A DNA stretch of 64,000 nt from an uncultured Chloroflexia bacterium (lineage in GTDB: Bacteria > Chloroflexota > Limnocylindria > Limnocylindrales > CSP1-4): assembly GCA_963831745.1 (NCBI GenBank), contig CAWHRD010000005.1:93377-157376 (forward strand). Direction: 5' to 3'. This document shows, piece by piece, positions 29,402 through 41,952 of the stretch (positions are counted from its first letter, which is position 1; each line of letters opens with the position of its first letter). The translations under genes and the position numbers were made by a program. The notes below the pieces were generated by a model. That model saw only the letters and a list, made by a program, of their open reading frames with translations. It was not told where the DNA came from and made no database searches.

Positions 29402-30384
29402 ACGTCGACGGGCACCCCGGGATCGCGCGGCCGGCCCGCCCGCCTGCGGTTGCGGGCACGTTCTACCCCGCCGGCGCCGGGGCCCTGGCCGACATGCTGG
29501 ACGAGCTCGCGGCCCGGTCCGCGGAAGCGTACCCGGCGCCGGCCGCCGCCGCTCCCGGCGGCTTCGCCGGCATCCTGGTCCCGCACGCGGGCCTGGTCTA
29601 CTCGGGCGTCGTCGCGGCGGCCGCCTGGCGGCTCCTCGCGCCGGATGCGGCCACACCGGCGGCGGGCGACGCGACGGCCGCACCGGCGGCGGGCGACGCG
29701 ACGGCCGTGTCGGCGGCCGGCGCGTCGGCTCCGACGATCGTGCTCCTGGGCACGAACCACGGCGCCGCGTGGCTCGACGGCGTGGGGGCCTGGGATGGCG
29801 GCCCCTGGTGGACGCCGCTCGGCCACGTCCCCATCGACGAGGATCTGACGGGGGCGATCCTGGAGCTCGGTCCGCCGTTCGTCGCCGACGCCGCCTGCCA
29901 CCTCGGGGAGCACTCGATCGAGGTGCAGCTGCCGTTCGTGCGACGGGTCGCGGGTGACGCGCAGATCGTGGCCCTCTCCGTCGGAGCCGGCACCGGGGGC
30001 CGCGCGGTGGCCGCCGGGGAGCGGCTCGGGCAGCTGATCGCCGAACGCCGCGCGGCCGGCGCGCGGATCGTGCTCGCGATCAGCAGCGACATGGCCCACT
30101 ACCCGCCGGCCGCGGTCGCCGAGGCGGTCACAGACGCCCTCCGGCCATCCATCGTCCGGCTGGACGCGGAGGCGCTCGCGGTGGCGGAGGCCGAGATCGC
30201 CAGGCGTCGGCCGGGCGTCTCGTGCGGGATGTGCGGCGTCGAGCCGACGGTCCTCGGACTCGCGGCGCTGCGGGCGATGGGCGCGCGCCCCGGGGTCGTG
30301 GTCGCCTCCGCGACGTCGGCCGACGCCGGCGGCGACCCTGGTCGAACGGTCGGCTACCTGGCGGTCGCCTTCGCCGCGGCCTGA
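29398..30384 (+). CDS. amrB: AmmeMemoRadiSam system protein B (Memo family)
   Basis: RPPAVAGTFYP, PHAGLVYSG, EHSIEVQLPF, ISSDMAHY, MCG, VGYLA. Confidence 0.9.
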   Translation: MNVDGHPGIARPARPPAVAGTFYPAGAGALADMLDELAARSAEAYPAPAAAAPGGFAGILVPHAGLVYSGVVAAAAWRLLAPDAATPAAGDATAAPAAGDATAVSAAGASAPTIVLLGTNHGAAWLDGVGAWDGGPWWTPLGHVPIDEDLTGAILELGPPFVADAACHLGEHSIEVQLPFVRRVAGDAQIVALSVGAGTGGRAVAAGERLGQLIAERRAAGARIVLAISSDMAHYPPAAVAEAVTDALRPSIVRLDAEALAVAEAEIARRRPGVSCGMCGVEPTVLGLAALRAMGARPGVVVASATSADAGGDPGRTVGYLAVAFAAA

Positions 30385-30441
30385 GCGGTGCGGACGGCGC
30401 TGCCCTGCCGGTCCGCGGTCGACGCCCCGAGCCGGCCCCTG

Positions 30442-30702
30442 CTACTTCTTCTTCGGGACCTCGTAGAGGTCGGCGCGGGAGTCGCGACGGGCGCCCCTGT
30501 CCGCGTGACCGGGCACGGGCACCGGCTTCATCAGGTAGAGAGCGAACAGGGCAAAGGGCCCGAAGATGACGGTGAGGATCGCCCAGACCACGGGACGGCG
30601 GCCGCGCTTCGCCGCGATCTGGTACGCGACGATGACGCAGACGATCCAGACGACGAGACCGGTGGCGACGAGCCCGGTCCCGATGAGGGTGGGGGTATCC
30701 AT
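30442..30702 (-). CDS. small membrane protein
   Basis: two TM helices flanking IAAKRGR..VW; GPFALFAL. Confidence 0.6.
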   Translation of the reverse strand: MDTPTLIGTGLVATGLVVWIVCVIVAYQIAAKRGRRPVVWAILTVIFGPFALFALYLMKPVPVPGHADRGARRDSRADLYEVPKKK

Positions 30703-30855
30703 GGTTGCGGAGTGTAGCGGGCCGACCCTCCGGCCGCCGTCTTCACGTCGTCGAGCGAGCAGGGCGTCCTCGGCCGTGCAGCACAACAGGTCGAGCCGAA
30801 GGGCCGTTCCGGGTCGAGCGTGGCGCCCCGCGCCGGCACCGGCCGGCCGGTGAGG

Positions 30856-32208
30856 TCAGAGCGCCTCGAGGTAGCGGTCCAGCTCCCACTGCGTGACCTG
30901 GGTGCGGTACTCGTTCCATTCCGCCGACTTCGCGTCGACGTAGTGCTCCAGGACATGGTCGCCCAGGGCTTCGCAGACCACCGCGTCCGCCTTGAGCTCC
31001 TCGATGGCCTCGCCCAGCGTCCCGGGCAGCTCCGAGATGCCGCGCTCCGCAACCCGGGTGGCGTCCATCTCGAAGAGGCTCTCCTCGACCGGCTCCGAGA
31101 GCGCGAGGTTGCGCTCCACCCCGTCGAGGCCGGCGGCGATCATCACTGCGAAGGCGAGGTACGTGTTGGACGAGGGATCCGGGCAGCGGACCTCGGCCCG
31201 GGTGCCCTCGATCGACTTGCCGGGCGAGATCATCGGCACGCGGATCAGCGCGGAGCGGTTGGTCCGGCCCCAGGTGATGTAGGTCGGCGCCTCGTAGCCG
31301 GGGACGAGGCGCTTGTAGGAGTTGACCGTCGGCGCAAGGACCGCCGCCATCCCTTTCGCGTGGGCCAGGATGCCGGCCATGTACGAGCGGGCGAGGTCCG
31401 AGAGGCCGTACGTGTTGCCCGGGTCGGCGAACGCGTTGCGGCCCTCTTCGATCGAGTAGAGGCTCTGGTGCGTGTGCATGCCCGAGCCGTTGATCCCGAA
31501 GATCGGCTTGGGCATGAAGGTCGCGTACAGCCCGTGGAGCTGGGCGACGGCCTTCAGGGTGAACTTGAAGGTCAGCGCGTTGTCGGCGGTGCGGAGGGCG
31601 TCGCTGTACTCGAAGTCGATCTCGTGCTGGCCGATGGCAACCTCGTGGTGCGCGGCCTCGACCCGGATCCCGAAGGCCTCCAGCGCGTCCACCATGTCCT
31701 GGCGGATCTCCTGCGCGAGGTCGGTCGAGAAGTCGAAGTAGCCCGCGAGGTCGTGGGGCAGCGGCGCGATCTTCCCGTGGGCGTCGCGATTGAAGAGGAA
31801 GAACTCCAGCTCCGGGCCCATGTTCACGACGTAGCCGAGCTTCCGGGCCCGCTCGACCTGGCGCCGCAGGACGAAGCGCGGGTCCCCGACGAAGGGCTCG
31901 CCGCGCGGCGTGAAGACGTCGCAGATGACACGCGCGGTGCCGCGCGGTCCCGTGCCCTTCTGCCACGGGATCTCAGCGAAGGTGTCCATGTCCGGCATCA
32001 GGTACTGGTCCGACTCGGCGATCCGGGTGAACCCCTCGATCGATGACCCGTCGAACCACGTGCCGTGCCGGACGGAGCTCTCCATCTGGTGGATCGGGAT
32101 CGTCACGGCCTTGACGATGCCGAGGATGTCGGTGAACTGGAGCTGGACGAAGCGGATCCCGCCGGCCTTCGCCTCCTCGATCCGGTCGCTCGTGCTGGCC
32201 TCGGCCAC
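30856..32208 (-). CDS. glnA: glutamine synthetase type I
   Basis: LQFTDILG, FDGSSIEGF, GPELEFFLF, HHEVAIGQHEI, FMPKP..NGSGMH, NSYKRLVPGYEAP, NRSALIR; GGAGGAG RBS. Confidence 0.95.
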   Translation of the reverse strand: MAEASTSDRIEEAKAGGIRFVQLQFTDILGIVKAVTIPIHQMESSVRHGTWFDGSSIEGFTRIAESDQYLMPDMDTFAEIPWQKGTGPRGTARVICDVFTPRGEPFVGDPRFVLRRQVERARKLGYVVNMGPELEFFLFNRDAHGKIAPLPHDLAGYFDFSTDLAQEIRQDMVDALEAFGIRVEAAHHEVAIGQHEIDFEYSDALRTADNALTFKFTLKAVAQLHGLYATFMPKPIFGINGSGMHTHQSLYSIEEGRNAFADPGNTYGLSDLARSYMAGILAHAKGMAAVLAPTVNSYKRLVPGYEAPTYITWGRTNRSALIRVPMISPGKSIEGTRAEVRCPDPSSNTYLAFAVMIAAGLDGVERNLALSEPVEESLFEMDATRVAERGISELPGTLGEAIEELKADAVVCEALGDHVLEHYVDAKSAEWNEYRTQVTQWELDRYLEAL

Positions 32209-32411
32209 GGCGTCTCCTCCTCGAGCACCGCCGGGCGCACGGACGCCCGGCGCGCTCCGCTGACGTGCCGTCCGCACGACGTGGGGCACGTGCGACTGCG
32301 GACCGGGCGAGGATAGCAGCGCGACCGGGCGGCCTCGCGGCAGGCCGGGCGGGCAGGCCGCCCGGCGATGCCGGCGGGACGCGGGCCGGTGATTCCGGGG
32401 CCTGCCTGATG

Positions 32412-34556
<2,145 letters not shown>

Positions 34557-34844
34557 GTGGCTCCCTGTCGAAATCGATGGTCGGCGTGCGGCTGCGTGCC
34601 CGCGTCGCCGCTCGCGGCCGCGCCCCGACACGGCCGGCGCGCGCCTGCCCCGCGGACCGCCGCGGCGGGCAGAGGGAACGCACTCGGAATGGCGGCAACC
34701 TACAGGAGCGCGGACCGGGGGCCAAGGCCCCGGTGACCGGAATCTCCGAAATGTCCCCCAACGACAACCTGTTCGTGGGTCTCGCTTCACGCTCGCCGGC
34801 GGGCGTCCTGTCGCGCCCCCTCGCCGGGTGTCAGAATCGTGGGC

Positions 34845-36261
34845 ATGAGCCAGCCGCCGGTCCCCGCTGCTCCGGGTGGCGCCGCGATCCGGATCCGCCC
34901 GCCGCTCGACCCGTCGTTCCAGCCCGCCGGGCGCGCGCGGCGAGCCCTGGAGGGTCGGATCCGCGCCTCCGGCGTCGGCGTCCCGGTGACGCTCGCGGTC
35001 GAGCAGCCGGGCGGGACGGTGAGCCGCCACGAGACACTGGCGTGGCCGGACGGGCATCCCGACGCGGCCCTCGGGAACCACCATGCGGAGCGGCTCCTGA
35101 AGACGCTCCTCTGGGCCCGCGGCGGCAGCCGGGTCCACGTGGACGGCCCGGACGGCCTGCTGGCCCACCTGCGGCACCACTACTCACAGGTGCCGACCGG
35201 GCTCTTCGACGCCCGGATCGCCGAAGAGATCTACCTCCGCCCGCTCGAGCTGGAGCGAACCTCGGCGCACGAGATCCCGCCGTCACGTGGCGCGACCGCC
35301 GCCATCGGCGGGCACCTCGACGGCTGCCGCATCGGCTTCGACCTGGGGGCCAGCGACCGCAAGGTGGCCGCCGTGATCGACGGCGAGGTGGTCTTCAGCG
35401 AGGAGACGCCCTGGGACCCGGCGAACCACGCCGACCCGCAGTGGCACCACGACGGGATCGACGACTCGCTGCGCCGTGCCGCTGCGCATCTCCCCCGGGT
35501 CGACGCGATCGGCGGGAGCGCCGCCGGCGTGTACGTCGACAACCAGGTGCGGGTCGCCTCGCTCTTCCGGGCGGTGCCCCGGGACCTCTTCGCGGCCCGG
35601 GTGCGGGGCGCTATTCGACGAGCTCCGCCGGGAGTGGGGCGGCGTTCCGTTCGTCGTGGTGAACGACGGGGAGGTGACGGCGCTGGCCGGCTCGCTGCAG
35701 GCAGACGCCGGCGCCTTCCTCGGCATCGCCCTCGGCTCCAGCCAGGCCGCCGGCCACGTGACCCGCGAGCGGAGGCTGACGACGTGGCTCGACGAGCTCG
35801 CCTTCGTGCCCGTCGACGACGCGCCCGACGCACCCCGCGACGAGTGGTCGGGCGACCGCGGCTGCGGCGTCCAGTACTTCTCCCAGCAGGCGGTCGGGCG
35901 GCTCCTGCGCCCCGCCGGCATCGAGGTCGACCCGGACGCCCCGCTCCCCCAGCGCCTCGTTCGCCTCCAGGAGCTCATGGCCGCCGGCGACCCCCGAGCG
36001 ACACGAGTGTACGCCACGCTCGGGACGTACCTCGGGTACGCGCTCCTCGACTACCGCGAGCTGTACGACGTCGAGCACCTGCTGCTGCTCGGCCGGGTGA
36101 TGACGGGCGAGGGCGGCGACATGATCATCGAGCACGCCCGGGGGGTGCTCCGGGCCGAGGATCCCGCGGCCGCCGAAGGGATCACGATCCACGTCCCCTC
36201 GGAGCGCGACAAGCGCCACGGCCAGGCGGTCGCGGCGGCCTCGCTGCCGGCGCTGGGCTGA
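34845..36261 (+). pseudogene. ROK-family protein with +1 frameshift at about 35605-35610
   Basis: RIGFDLGASDRK in frame 1; VVNDGEVTALAG, GSSQAAG, WSGDRGCGVQYFSQQ in the next frame; removing one G from CGGGGCG joins them. Confidence 0.75.
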
Positions 36262-36328
36262 TCCGGGCGCCGGCGTAGCGTTGCGGTCCCGTTGCAGCGG
36301 GGGCCGTGGGTGCCGCCCCGCGCCGACG

Positions 36329-37786
36329 TCAGGCGGGTCGACGCCGCGCGACCAGGTCCTCGAGGAGCCGGCCGAACTCGCGGCGGAGGTCGACGTACCG
36401 GTCGGCGCGGGCGACGAGGCGCAGCTCGCCCGACGGCGCGAGGCGCGCCCAGACGCGTCGACGCGGGAAGTAGAAGGTCAGCGACAGCCCGACGACGAGG
36501 AGGGCGAAGCTGACCCACACGATGTTCGCCCCCGGGTCGCGCCTGGCGATGACCCCCGAGTAGGCCGTCACCTTCTCGAAGTCGATCGAGAGATCGCCGG
36601 CCGGGGTCGCGTAGGACCTTCCCGGCTCCGCGCCGCCCACGAACGTCGTCTCCACCTGGGGCCTGCCGTCCGGGGCCTCCCCGATCGCCCGGAAGCCGAG
36701 CATCACGAGGAGCGGGGCCTTGCCGTCGGCGGCGTCGAGCAGCAGCTCGATCCCCTCGTCGCGGCCGGGGATCGTGAAACGGCCGTACGGGCGCCCCGCG
36801 TTCACCTCGTCGAGCGGGACCGGCCCGGTCCACAGCAGCCGTCCGGCGCCGTCGCGGATGGTCAGGTCGGCGGCGGGGCCGAAGAAGTTCTGGTGGAACG
36901 TGTAGCCGGCGGCCTCCAGCGGATCGTTGACCCGGATCACCTTCCGCGCGATCTCGCGGCCGCCCTGGTAGACCGCCAGGTCGGTGGTGAAGTCGGTGAA
37001 GCGGCCGGTCGCGTCCCGCGGGGCCGTGAAGCCCAGGCTCTTGATCGAGACGAGCCCCGCCGTCCCGATGCTCTCCACGGGGATCGCCTGCCCCTCCGGG
37101 AGGAGGATCCCGGTCTCGAAGCCGGCGCGGCTCGTGATCGCCGCCGCGAGGATGAAGCCGACGAGGCCGGCATGCGTGATGAGCGTGAAGAGCTTGGCGT
37201 TCTGGTTGCGGTCCCCGTAGAGGTAGCGGGCGCCGTCGGCGCCGTCGGCCTCCCGCACGTGGAAGCGCGACCGGCGGAGGGCCGCCCGGACGTCGTCGGC
37301 CGCCAGGCCGCCGTCGATCACCGCCCGGTCGGGCAGCGCCGGGTCGTAGAACGGGTCGGGCTGGGCGACCCGGACGTCGCGCGCCGAGCGCCACAGCCGC
37401 GGCGTCCGGTCGAGCGTGCAGACGACGATCGAGATGGCCAGCAGTGCCAGCAGCGCGGTGAACCACCAGGCGCTGAAGACGCGGAAGAAGCCCAGCGTCT
37501 CGAAGACGCCGGTGAGCAGCGGGCCCAGGGACGGCTCGACGCGGGCGCGCAGGATCTCCATCTGCTCGACGTAGTCGGCCGGCGACCGGAACGCGGCGCC
37601 GGGGAGCTGCGGCACGACGATCCCGACGACCCCGGCCACCGCGATCGCGACGATCTGCACCACCGCGAACCGGACCGAGGTGAGGAGCCCGTAGATCGCC
37701 CGGCCCAGGCGGGCGGGGGCGTTGAGCGGGCCGCGAGCGGGCAGCGCCCTCGCCCCGGCGGGCAGGGCGACGCGCGGGGTGGTCAT
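36329..37786 (-). CDS. resB: cytochrome c biogenesis protein ResB/Ccs1
   Basis: LTSVRFAV, VPQ, FSAWWF..LL..SIVVCT, LITHAG, IRVNDPL, DPG plus C-terminal TM and RRVW. Confidence 0.85.
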   Translation of the reverse strand: MTTPRVALPAGARALPARGPLNAPARLGRAIYGLLTSVRFAVVQIVAIAVAGVVGIVVPQLPGAAFRSPADYVEQMEILRARVEPSLGPLLTGVFETLGFFRVFSAWWFTALLALLAISIVVCTLDRTPRLWRSARDVRVAQPDPFYDPALPDRAVIDGGLAADDVRAALRRSRFHVREADGADGARYLYGDRNQNAKLFTLITHAGLVGFILAAAITSRAGFETGILLPEGQAIPVESIGTAGLVSIKSLGFTAPRDATGRFTDFTTDLAVYQGGREIARKVIRVNDPLEAAGYTFHQNFFGPAADLTIRDGAGRLLWTGPVPLDEVNAGRPYGRFTIPGRDEGIELLLDAADGKAPLLVMLGFRAIGEAPDGRPQVETTFVGGAEPGRSYATPAGDLSIDFEKVTAYSGVIARRDPGANIVWVSFALLVVGLSLTFYFPRRRVWARLAPSGELRLVARADRYVDLRREFGRLLEDLVARRRPA

Positions 37787-37924
37787 CGCCGGCGATGCTA
37801 CACCGGACGCCCGCGGGGCCCGGCCGGCCGCGGGGCCGGCCCGCCGCACGCCGCCAGGGGCCGCCCGGGGCCGCCCGGCCGCGGGGCCGGCCCCGCCCGG
37901 CCGGCCCGCCAGCCCCTCGCCGCG

Positions 37925-39250
37925 TCAGCGCCGCTCGGACGACACCGGCTCGGGCCGGCCGACCTCCGCCGGGCCGCCGACGGGCGTTCCGGCGCCGGGC
38001 GGGCGTGGCCCGGGCCGCCCCGGGCCAACCGCGGCCAGGCCGTTCCGCCCGTTCCCCCGCCGGCGGACCTGGCGCTTCACGTCGTACATCGCCTCGTCGG
38101 CGGCGGCCATGATGTCGTCGACCGAGCGGCCGGGCGCCCACTCGCCGAGGCCGATCGAGACGCCGATCGGGACCATCTCCCCGCGGTCCCCGACGCGCAC
38201 CGCCGCCACGGACTGGCGGATCTTGTCGGCGACGACGCGGGCGCCCTCGCGGTCCGTCTCGGGGAGGAGCACGACGAACTCGTCGCCGCCGAGGCGGGCC
38301 GGTGTGTCGATGCGGCGCACGTTGTCGCGGATCACGGCGGCGACCGCCGCCAGGGCCCGGTCCCCGGCTCGATGCCCGTAGTGGTCGTTGAGCTCCTTGA
38401 GGCCGTCGAGGTCGGCCATCAGGAGGCAGAAGCCGCGCCGGTAGCGCGTCGCCCGGTCGATCTCGCGCTCGACGGCGGCGAGGATGTAGCCGCGATTGGC
38501 CAGCCCGGTCAGGGCGTCGATCGTCGAGAGCCGGACGGCGGCGTCGCGCGTCCGGCGCTGCTCCCGCGCAACGACCATCGCGACGTACGCCAGGAGCACG
38601 AGCGCCGTCAGGTTGACGGCAACGATCGCCAGCTCGCCGGCGTCGAGCGCCACGCCGGCCGCGGCGAGGAGGACTGCCACGAGATAGCCCGAGATGGCGA
38701 CCGTCGCCAGGACGAGCGTCACGAGGGGCCGGACGACGAGCGCCGCGCCGGCGACGACGAGCGGGTAGGCGTAGAAGAACGGGCTGGCCGCGCCGCCGGT
38801 CAGGACGACGACGATCCCCACGAGCGTCAGCGCGACCGCCACCTCCACGGCGAAGCGGCCCGCGCGGAGGCCCGTGGCCGGCAGGAGGTCATGCGCGACC
38901 AGGATGAAGACGCCGCCGATCGCGAGGACGAGCAGGAGCGGATCCTCGGCCTGCGGCCACAGGCCGGTCGCGTAGACGACGATCGCGGTCGAGAGCAGGT
39001 ACGCCCAGCTGGCCACGCGCACGACGCGGTCGTACGCCGCGGCGGGTACGCCGTCGGCGAGGACCGAGGACGGGTCGAGGGCCGCGATGGCGCGGATGTC
39101 GAGCGCGCCACCGTCCGCGCCGCCGTTGCGCCGGCCGGCGTCCCAGTCGTCGAGACGGCGGGCGAGGGCCGGCCCGGCGATGATCCAGAGAAGCGCGAGG
39201 TCGAGCACGACGACGACGCCGAGCCCTGCCGCGAGCCAGGCGTTGGTCAA
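37925..39250 (-). CDS. membrane-bound diguanylate cyclase (GGDEF)
   Basis: TTG start after GGAGAAGGAG; multiple TMs; DALTGLANR, DLDGLKELND..GH..GD, RRID (RxxD I-site), RLGGDEF. Confidence 0.9.
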   Translation of the reverse strand: MTNAWLAAGLGVVVVLDLALLWIIAGPALARRLDDWDAGRRNGGADGGALDIRAIAALDPSSVLADGVPAAAYDRVVRVASWAYLLSTAIVVYATGLWPQAEDPLLLVLAIGGVFILVAHDLLPATGLRAGRFAVEVAVALTLVGIVVVLTGGAASPFFYAYPLVVAGAALVVRPLVTLVLATVAISGYLVAVLLAAAGVALDAGELAIVAVNLTALVLLAYVAMVVAREQRRTRDAAVRLSTIDALTGLANRGYILAAVEREIDRATRYRRGFCLLMADLDGLKELNDHYGHRAGDRALAAVAAVIRDNVRRIDTPARLGGDEFVVLLPETDREGARVVADKIRQSVAAVRVGDRGEMVPIGVSIGLGEWAPGRSVDDIMAAADEAMYDVKRQVRRRGNGRNGLAAVGPGRPGPRPPGAGTPVGGPAEVGRPEPVSSERR

Positions 39251-39585
39251 CGTTCTCCTTCTCCGGCTCGCGTCCCCCGGACACGCGGAGACCGGCGTCT
39301 CCGGATTCTCGCATGCCGCGACGCGCCCGGCGATGCCCGACATGTCGCCCGCGTGCCCACGCGCGGGCACGCGCGTCGCGGAACCGGTGCGCGGGCGCAC
39401 CGTTCGCCGCCCGTGACGGGCGCCGGCCCGGCCCTTACACCGCCGAGCGACACCTCCACCGGCGCGCGGGTCGCGCGCCCGCGCCGTTGCGGCCCGCGGG
39501 ATTCGCGCGCATCCGGCGCGAGGTCTGGTACGGTCGCCGGACGTCGCGCCGCTACCGGGCGCGGCCAGCGGAAGGCAGGGGCCGG

Positions 39586-40080
39586 GTGACGCAGCAGCTG
39601 CGAGCGCGGGCGAACGGCGCGGGTGCCGGCGCCGACGTGTCCGAGTTCGACAAGCGGATCATCGAGCACCTCCAGCAGGACGGGCGGCGTCCGTTCACCC
39701 AGATCGCCGCCGACCTCGGCGTCTCGGAGGCTGCCGTCCGGGCGCGGACGAACCGCCTGATCGAGCGGGGCATCCTCCAGATCGTGGGCGTCACGGACCC
39801 CCTCAAGCTCGGCTTCCAGCAGCAGGCCATGATCGGCGTGCGCTGCCAGGCGGACCGCTTGCTGGAGGTCGCCAACGAGGTGGCCGCCTTCCCGGAGGTC
39901 GCCTACCTCGTCGTGACGGCGGGCGCGTACGACCTCCTGATCGAGGTCGTCTGCGAGGACAACGACGCCCTCCTGCGCTTCCTGACCGAGCGCCTGCGCC
40001 GCGTCGAGGGCGTGCGCGAGACGGAGACGTTCGTCTACCTGCGGATGATCAAGCAGGTCTACGCCTGGGGCACCCGCTAG
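39586..40080 (+). CDS. Lrp/AsnC family transcriptional regulator
   Basis: DKRIIEHLQQDGRRPFTQIAADLGVSEAAVRAR, TAGAYDLL. Confidence 0.92.
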   Translation: MTQQLRARANGAGAGADVSEFDKRIIEHLQQDGRRPFTQIAADLGVSEAAVRARTNRLIERGILQIVGVTDPLKLGFQQQAMIGVRCQADRLLEVANEVAAFPEVAYLVVTAGAYDLLIEVVCEDNDALLRFLTERLRRVEGVRETETFVYLRMIKQVYAWGTR

Positions 40081-40137
40081 AACGGGTACGAACGGGCCAT
40101 TGGCCGGCCGAGGCCGGGCGGTTAGTCTCCGCGCACG

Positions 40138-40731
40138 ATGACCGAGCCGAGCCGCCTTCGCCTCGTCCTTGAGCGCGTTCCCGAGGAGGTCCACGAGCCG
40201 GAGCTCGCCGCGGAGCTGCCGCTCATCTGCTTCGATGCGTTCGCCGCCGGGCATCGCGTCTACGGCTGGGTGCACCTCGACGCCGACCGCCTGACCGACA
40301 TGCTCAACGACCACGTCGAGCTGCACCTCGGCAACGTCCTGGTCGAGGACCTGGCGAGCGGCCAGACGGTCACCGCCGACGAGGCGATCGTCCACCGCGA
40401 CGAGCTCGTCGCCGTCCGGGCGAGCGGTCCCCGGGGCAACGCGGCCCGCCGGGAGGACACCGTCTCCAGTCCCACGCTCGTCGAGGCGGGGCCGTACCTG
40501 ATCGGGGGCCAGCTCCACGCGCCGCCCGGGATGGACCCCCTGGCCCGGGTGCGCAGCGGGGAGCCGATGATCCCCCTGACCGAGGCGTGGATCGCCTACT
40601 GCTCCGGCGGTGCGACCACCCGGCGGCGGGTCGGCACGATCATCGTCAACCGGCACCTGGCGACCCGGTTCCAGGCGGTCACCGAGGCGGACCTCGAGGC
40701 CGCGGCCCCAGCCGTCACGGCGGCCGCCTGA
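40138..40731 (+). CDS. hypothetical protein with two internally similar beta domains
   Basis: clean ORF with GC3 bias; GHRVYGWVH..RLTDMLN and GPYLIGGQLH..IPLTEA..IIVNR. Confidence 0.65.
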   Translation: MTEPSRLRLVLERVPEEVHEPELAAELPLICFDAFAAGHRVYGWVHLDADRLTDMLNDHVELHLGNVLVEDLASGQTVTADEAIVHRDELVAVRASGPRGNAARREDTVSSPTLVEAGPYLIGGQLHAPPGMDPLARVRSGEPMIPLTEAWIAYCSGGATTRRRVGTIIVNRHLATRFQAVTEADLEAAAPAVTAAA

Positions 40732-40781
40732 CCCGGACGCCCGCGGAGCGCGGGACCACGGCGGCCGCCTGACCCGGACGC
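40716..40781. repeat. 25-bp perfect direct repeat spanning a stop codon
   Basis: CACGGCGGCCGCCTGACCCGGACGC at 40716-40740 and 40757-40781. Confidence 0.8.
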
Positions 40782-40839
40782 GCGGCGCAGCCCCGGCGGC
40801 CTCCTAGCGCTGACGCGGGCGACAAGCGCGGCGGCGACC

Positions 40840-41952
40840 CTACGGGCCCGGCGGCACCGGAGCGGGCGCGGACGCCGGTAGCGGCTCGGCGAGCAGCGGG
40901 ACGGCGACCCGCTGCACCACCGCGGGCAGCGGCTTCCCGGACTCGTTCAGCCAGCACGCGGACGAGCGCCCGCCGCCCAGGTCGATCAACGGGGGCTCCT
41001 GCGTCCGGCAGCGCTCCATGATCCCGGCCTGCTCGGCGATGGGGCACCGCGGGTGGAACCGGCAGCCGCTCGGGATGTGGACGGCGTTGGGGGTCTCGCC
41101 CGCGAGGATCACGCGCGACGCCCGCGTCCCGGCGTCCGGCGGATCCGGTGTTGGCGACACGCTGACGAGCGCCCGGGTATACGGGTTCTGGGGCGAGCGG
41201 ATGATGGTCTCGGCCGGCCCGATCTCCATGATCCGCCCCAGGTACATGACCGCGATCCGGTCCGCGATGACCCACGCGATCGAGAGGTCGTGCGTGATGA
41301 ACAGGTACGTCAGGCCGCGCTCGCGCCGGAGGTCCAGCATCAGGTGGAGCAGCTCGGTGCGGATCGAGACGTCGAGCATCGAGACGGGCTCGTCGGCCAC
41401 GACCAGCTCGGGATCCATGACGAGCGCCCCCGCGATGACGACGCGCTGCCGCTGGCCGCCCGACAGCTCGTGCGGGAAGCGGAAGGCGAAGTCCGTGGCC
41501 GGGCGCAGCCCCGCGGCCTCGAGCGCCTCCATCACGCGCCGCTCCCGCTCGGCGAACGCGGGCGCGAGATGATTGACGAGGAGCGGCTCGGCGACGAAGT
41601 CGTGAATCGTCTGCTTCGGGTTCAGCGTCTCGTACGGATCCTGGAAGATGATCTGGACGCGACGCCGGTACTCGCGGAGCTGGCGCACGCCCCAGAGGTC
41701 GGACACGTCCTGGCCGTCGAAGACGATCCGCCCCTCGGTCTGCCGGGTGAGCTTGACGATCACCCGGCCCGTGGTCGTCTTGCCCGAGCCGGATTCCCCG
41801 ACGAGAGCCAGCACCTCGCCCCGGTCGATCGCGAGGTCGATCCCATCGACTGCGTGGACGTAGCCGCTGGCCCGACGCAGGAGCGCGTCCGTCAGCGTGC
41901 CGCGGATCGGGAAGTGGACCTTCAGGCCCTCGAGGCGGAGCAGCTCGCTCAT
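40840..41952 (-). CDS. oligopeptide/dipeptide ABC transporter ATP-binding protein (OppF-like)
   Basis: [34 protein letters not shown]. Confidence 0.93.
   Translation of the reverse strand: MSELLRLEGLKVHFPIRGTLTDALLRRASGYVHAVDGIDLAIDRGEVLALVGESGSGKTTTGRVIVKLTRQTEGRIVFDGQDVSDLWGVRQLREYRRRVQIIFQDPYETLNPKQTIHDFVAEPLLVNHLAPAFAERERRVMEALEAAGLRPATDFAFRFPHELSGGQRQRVVIAGALVMDPELVVADEPVSMLDVSIRTELLHLMLDLRRERGLTYLFITHDLSIAWVIADRIAVMYLGRIMEIGPAETIIRSPQNPYTRALVSVSPTPDPPDAGTRASRVILAGETPNAVHIPSGCRFHPRCPIAEQAGIMERCRTQEPPLIDLGGGRSSACWLNESGKPLPAVVQRVAVPLLAEPLPASAPAPVPPGP

Noticed and set aside
34557-34700. Glutamine (glnA) riboswitch upstream of GSIII
   Set aside because: A CGTT...ACGCG outline exists, but I could not find the conserved E-loop residues; not supportable without a covariance model.
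36281-39589. Very long + strand ORFs antisense to real genes (also 14726-17560 on the minus strand and 44903-47557)
   Set aside because: These are shadow ORFs expected from stop-codon scarcity at high GC, with no recognisable motifs.
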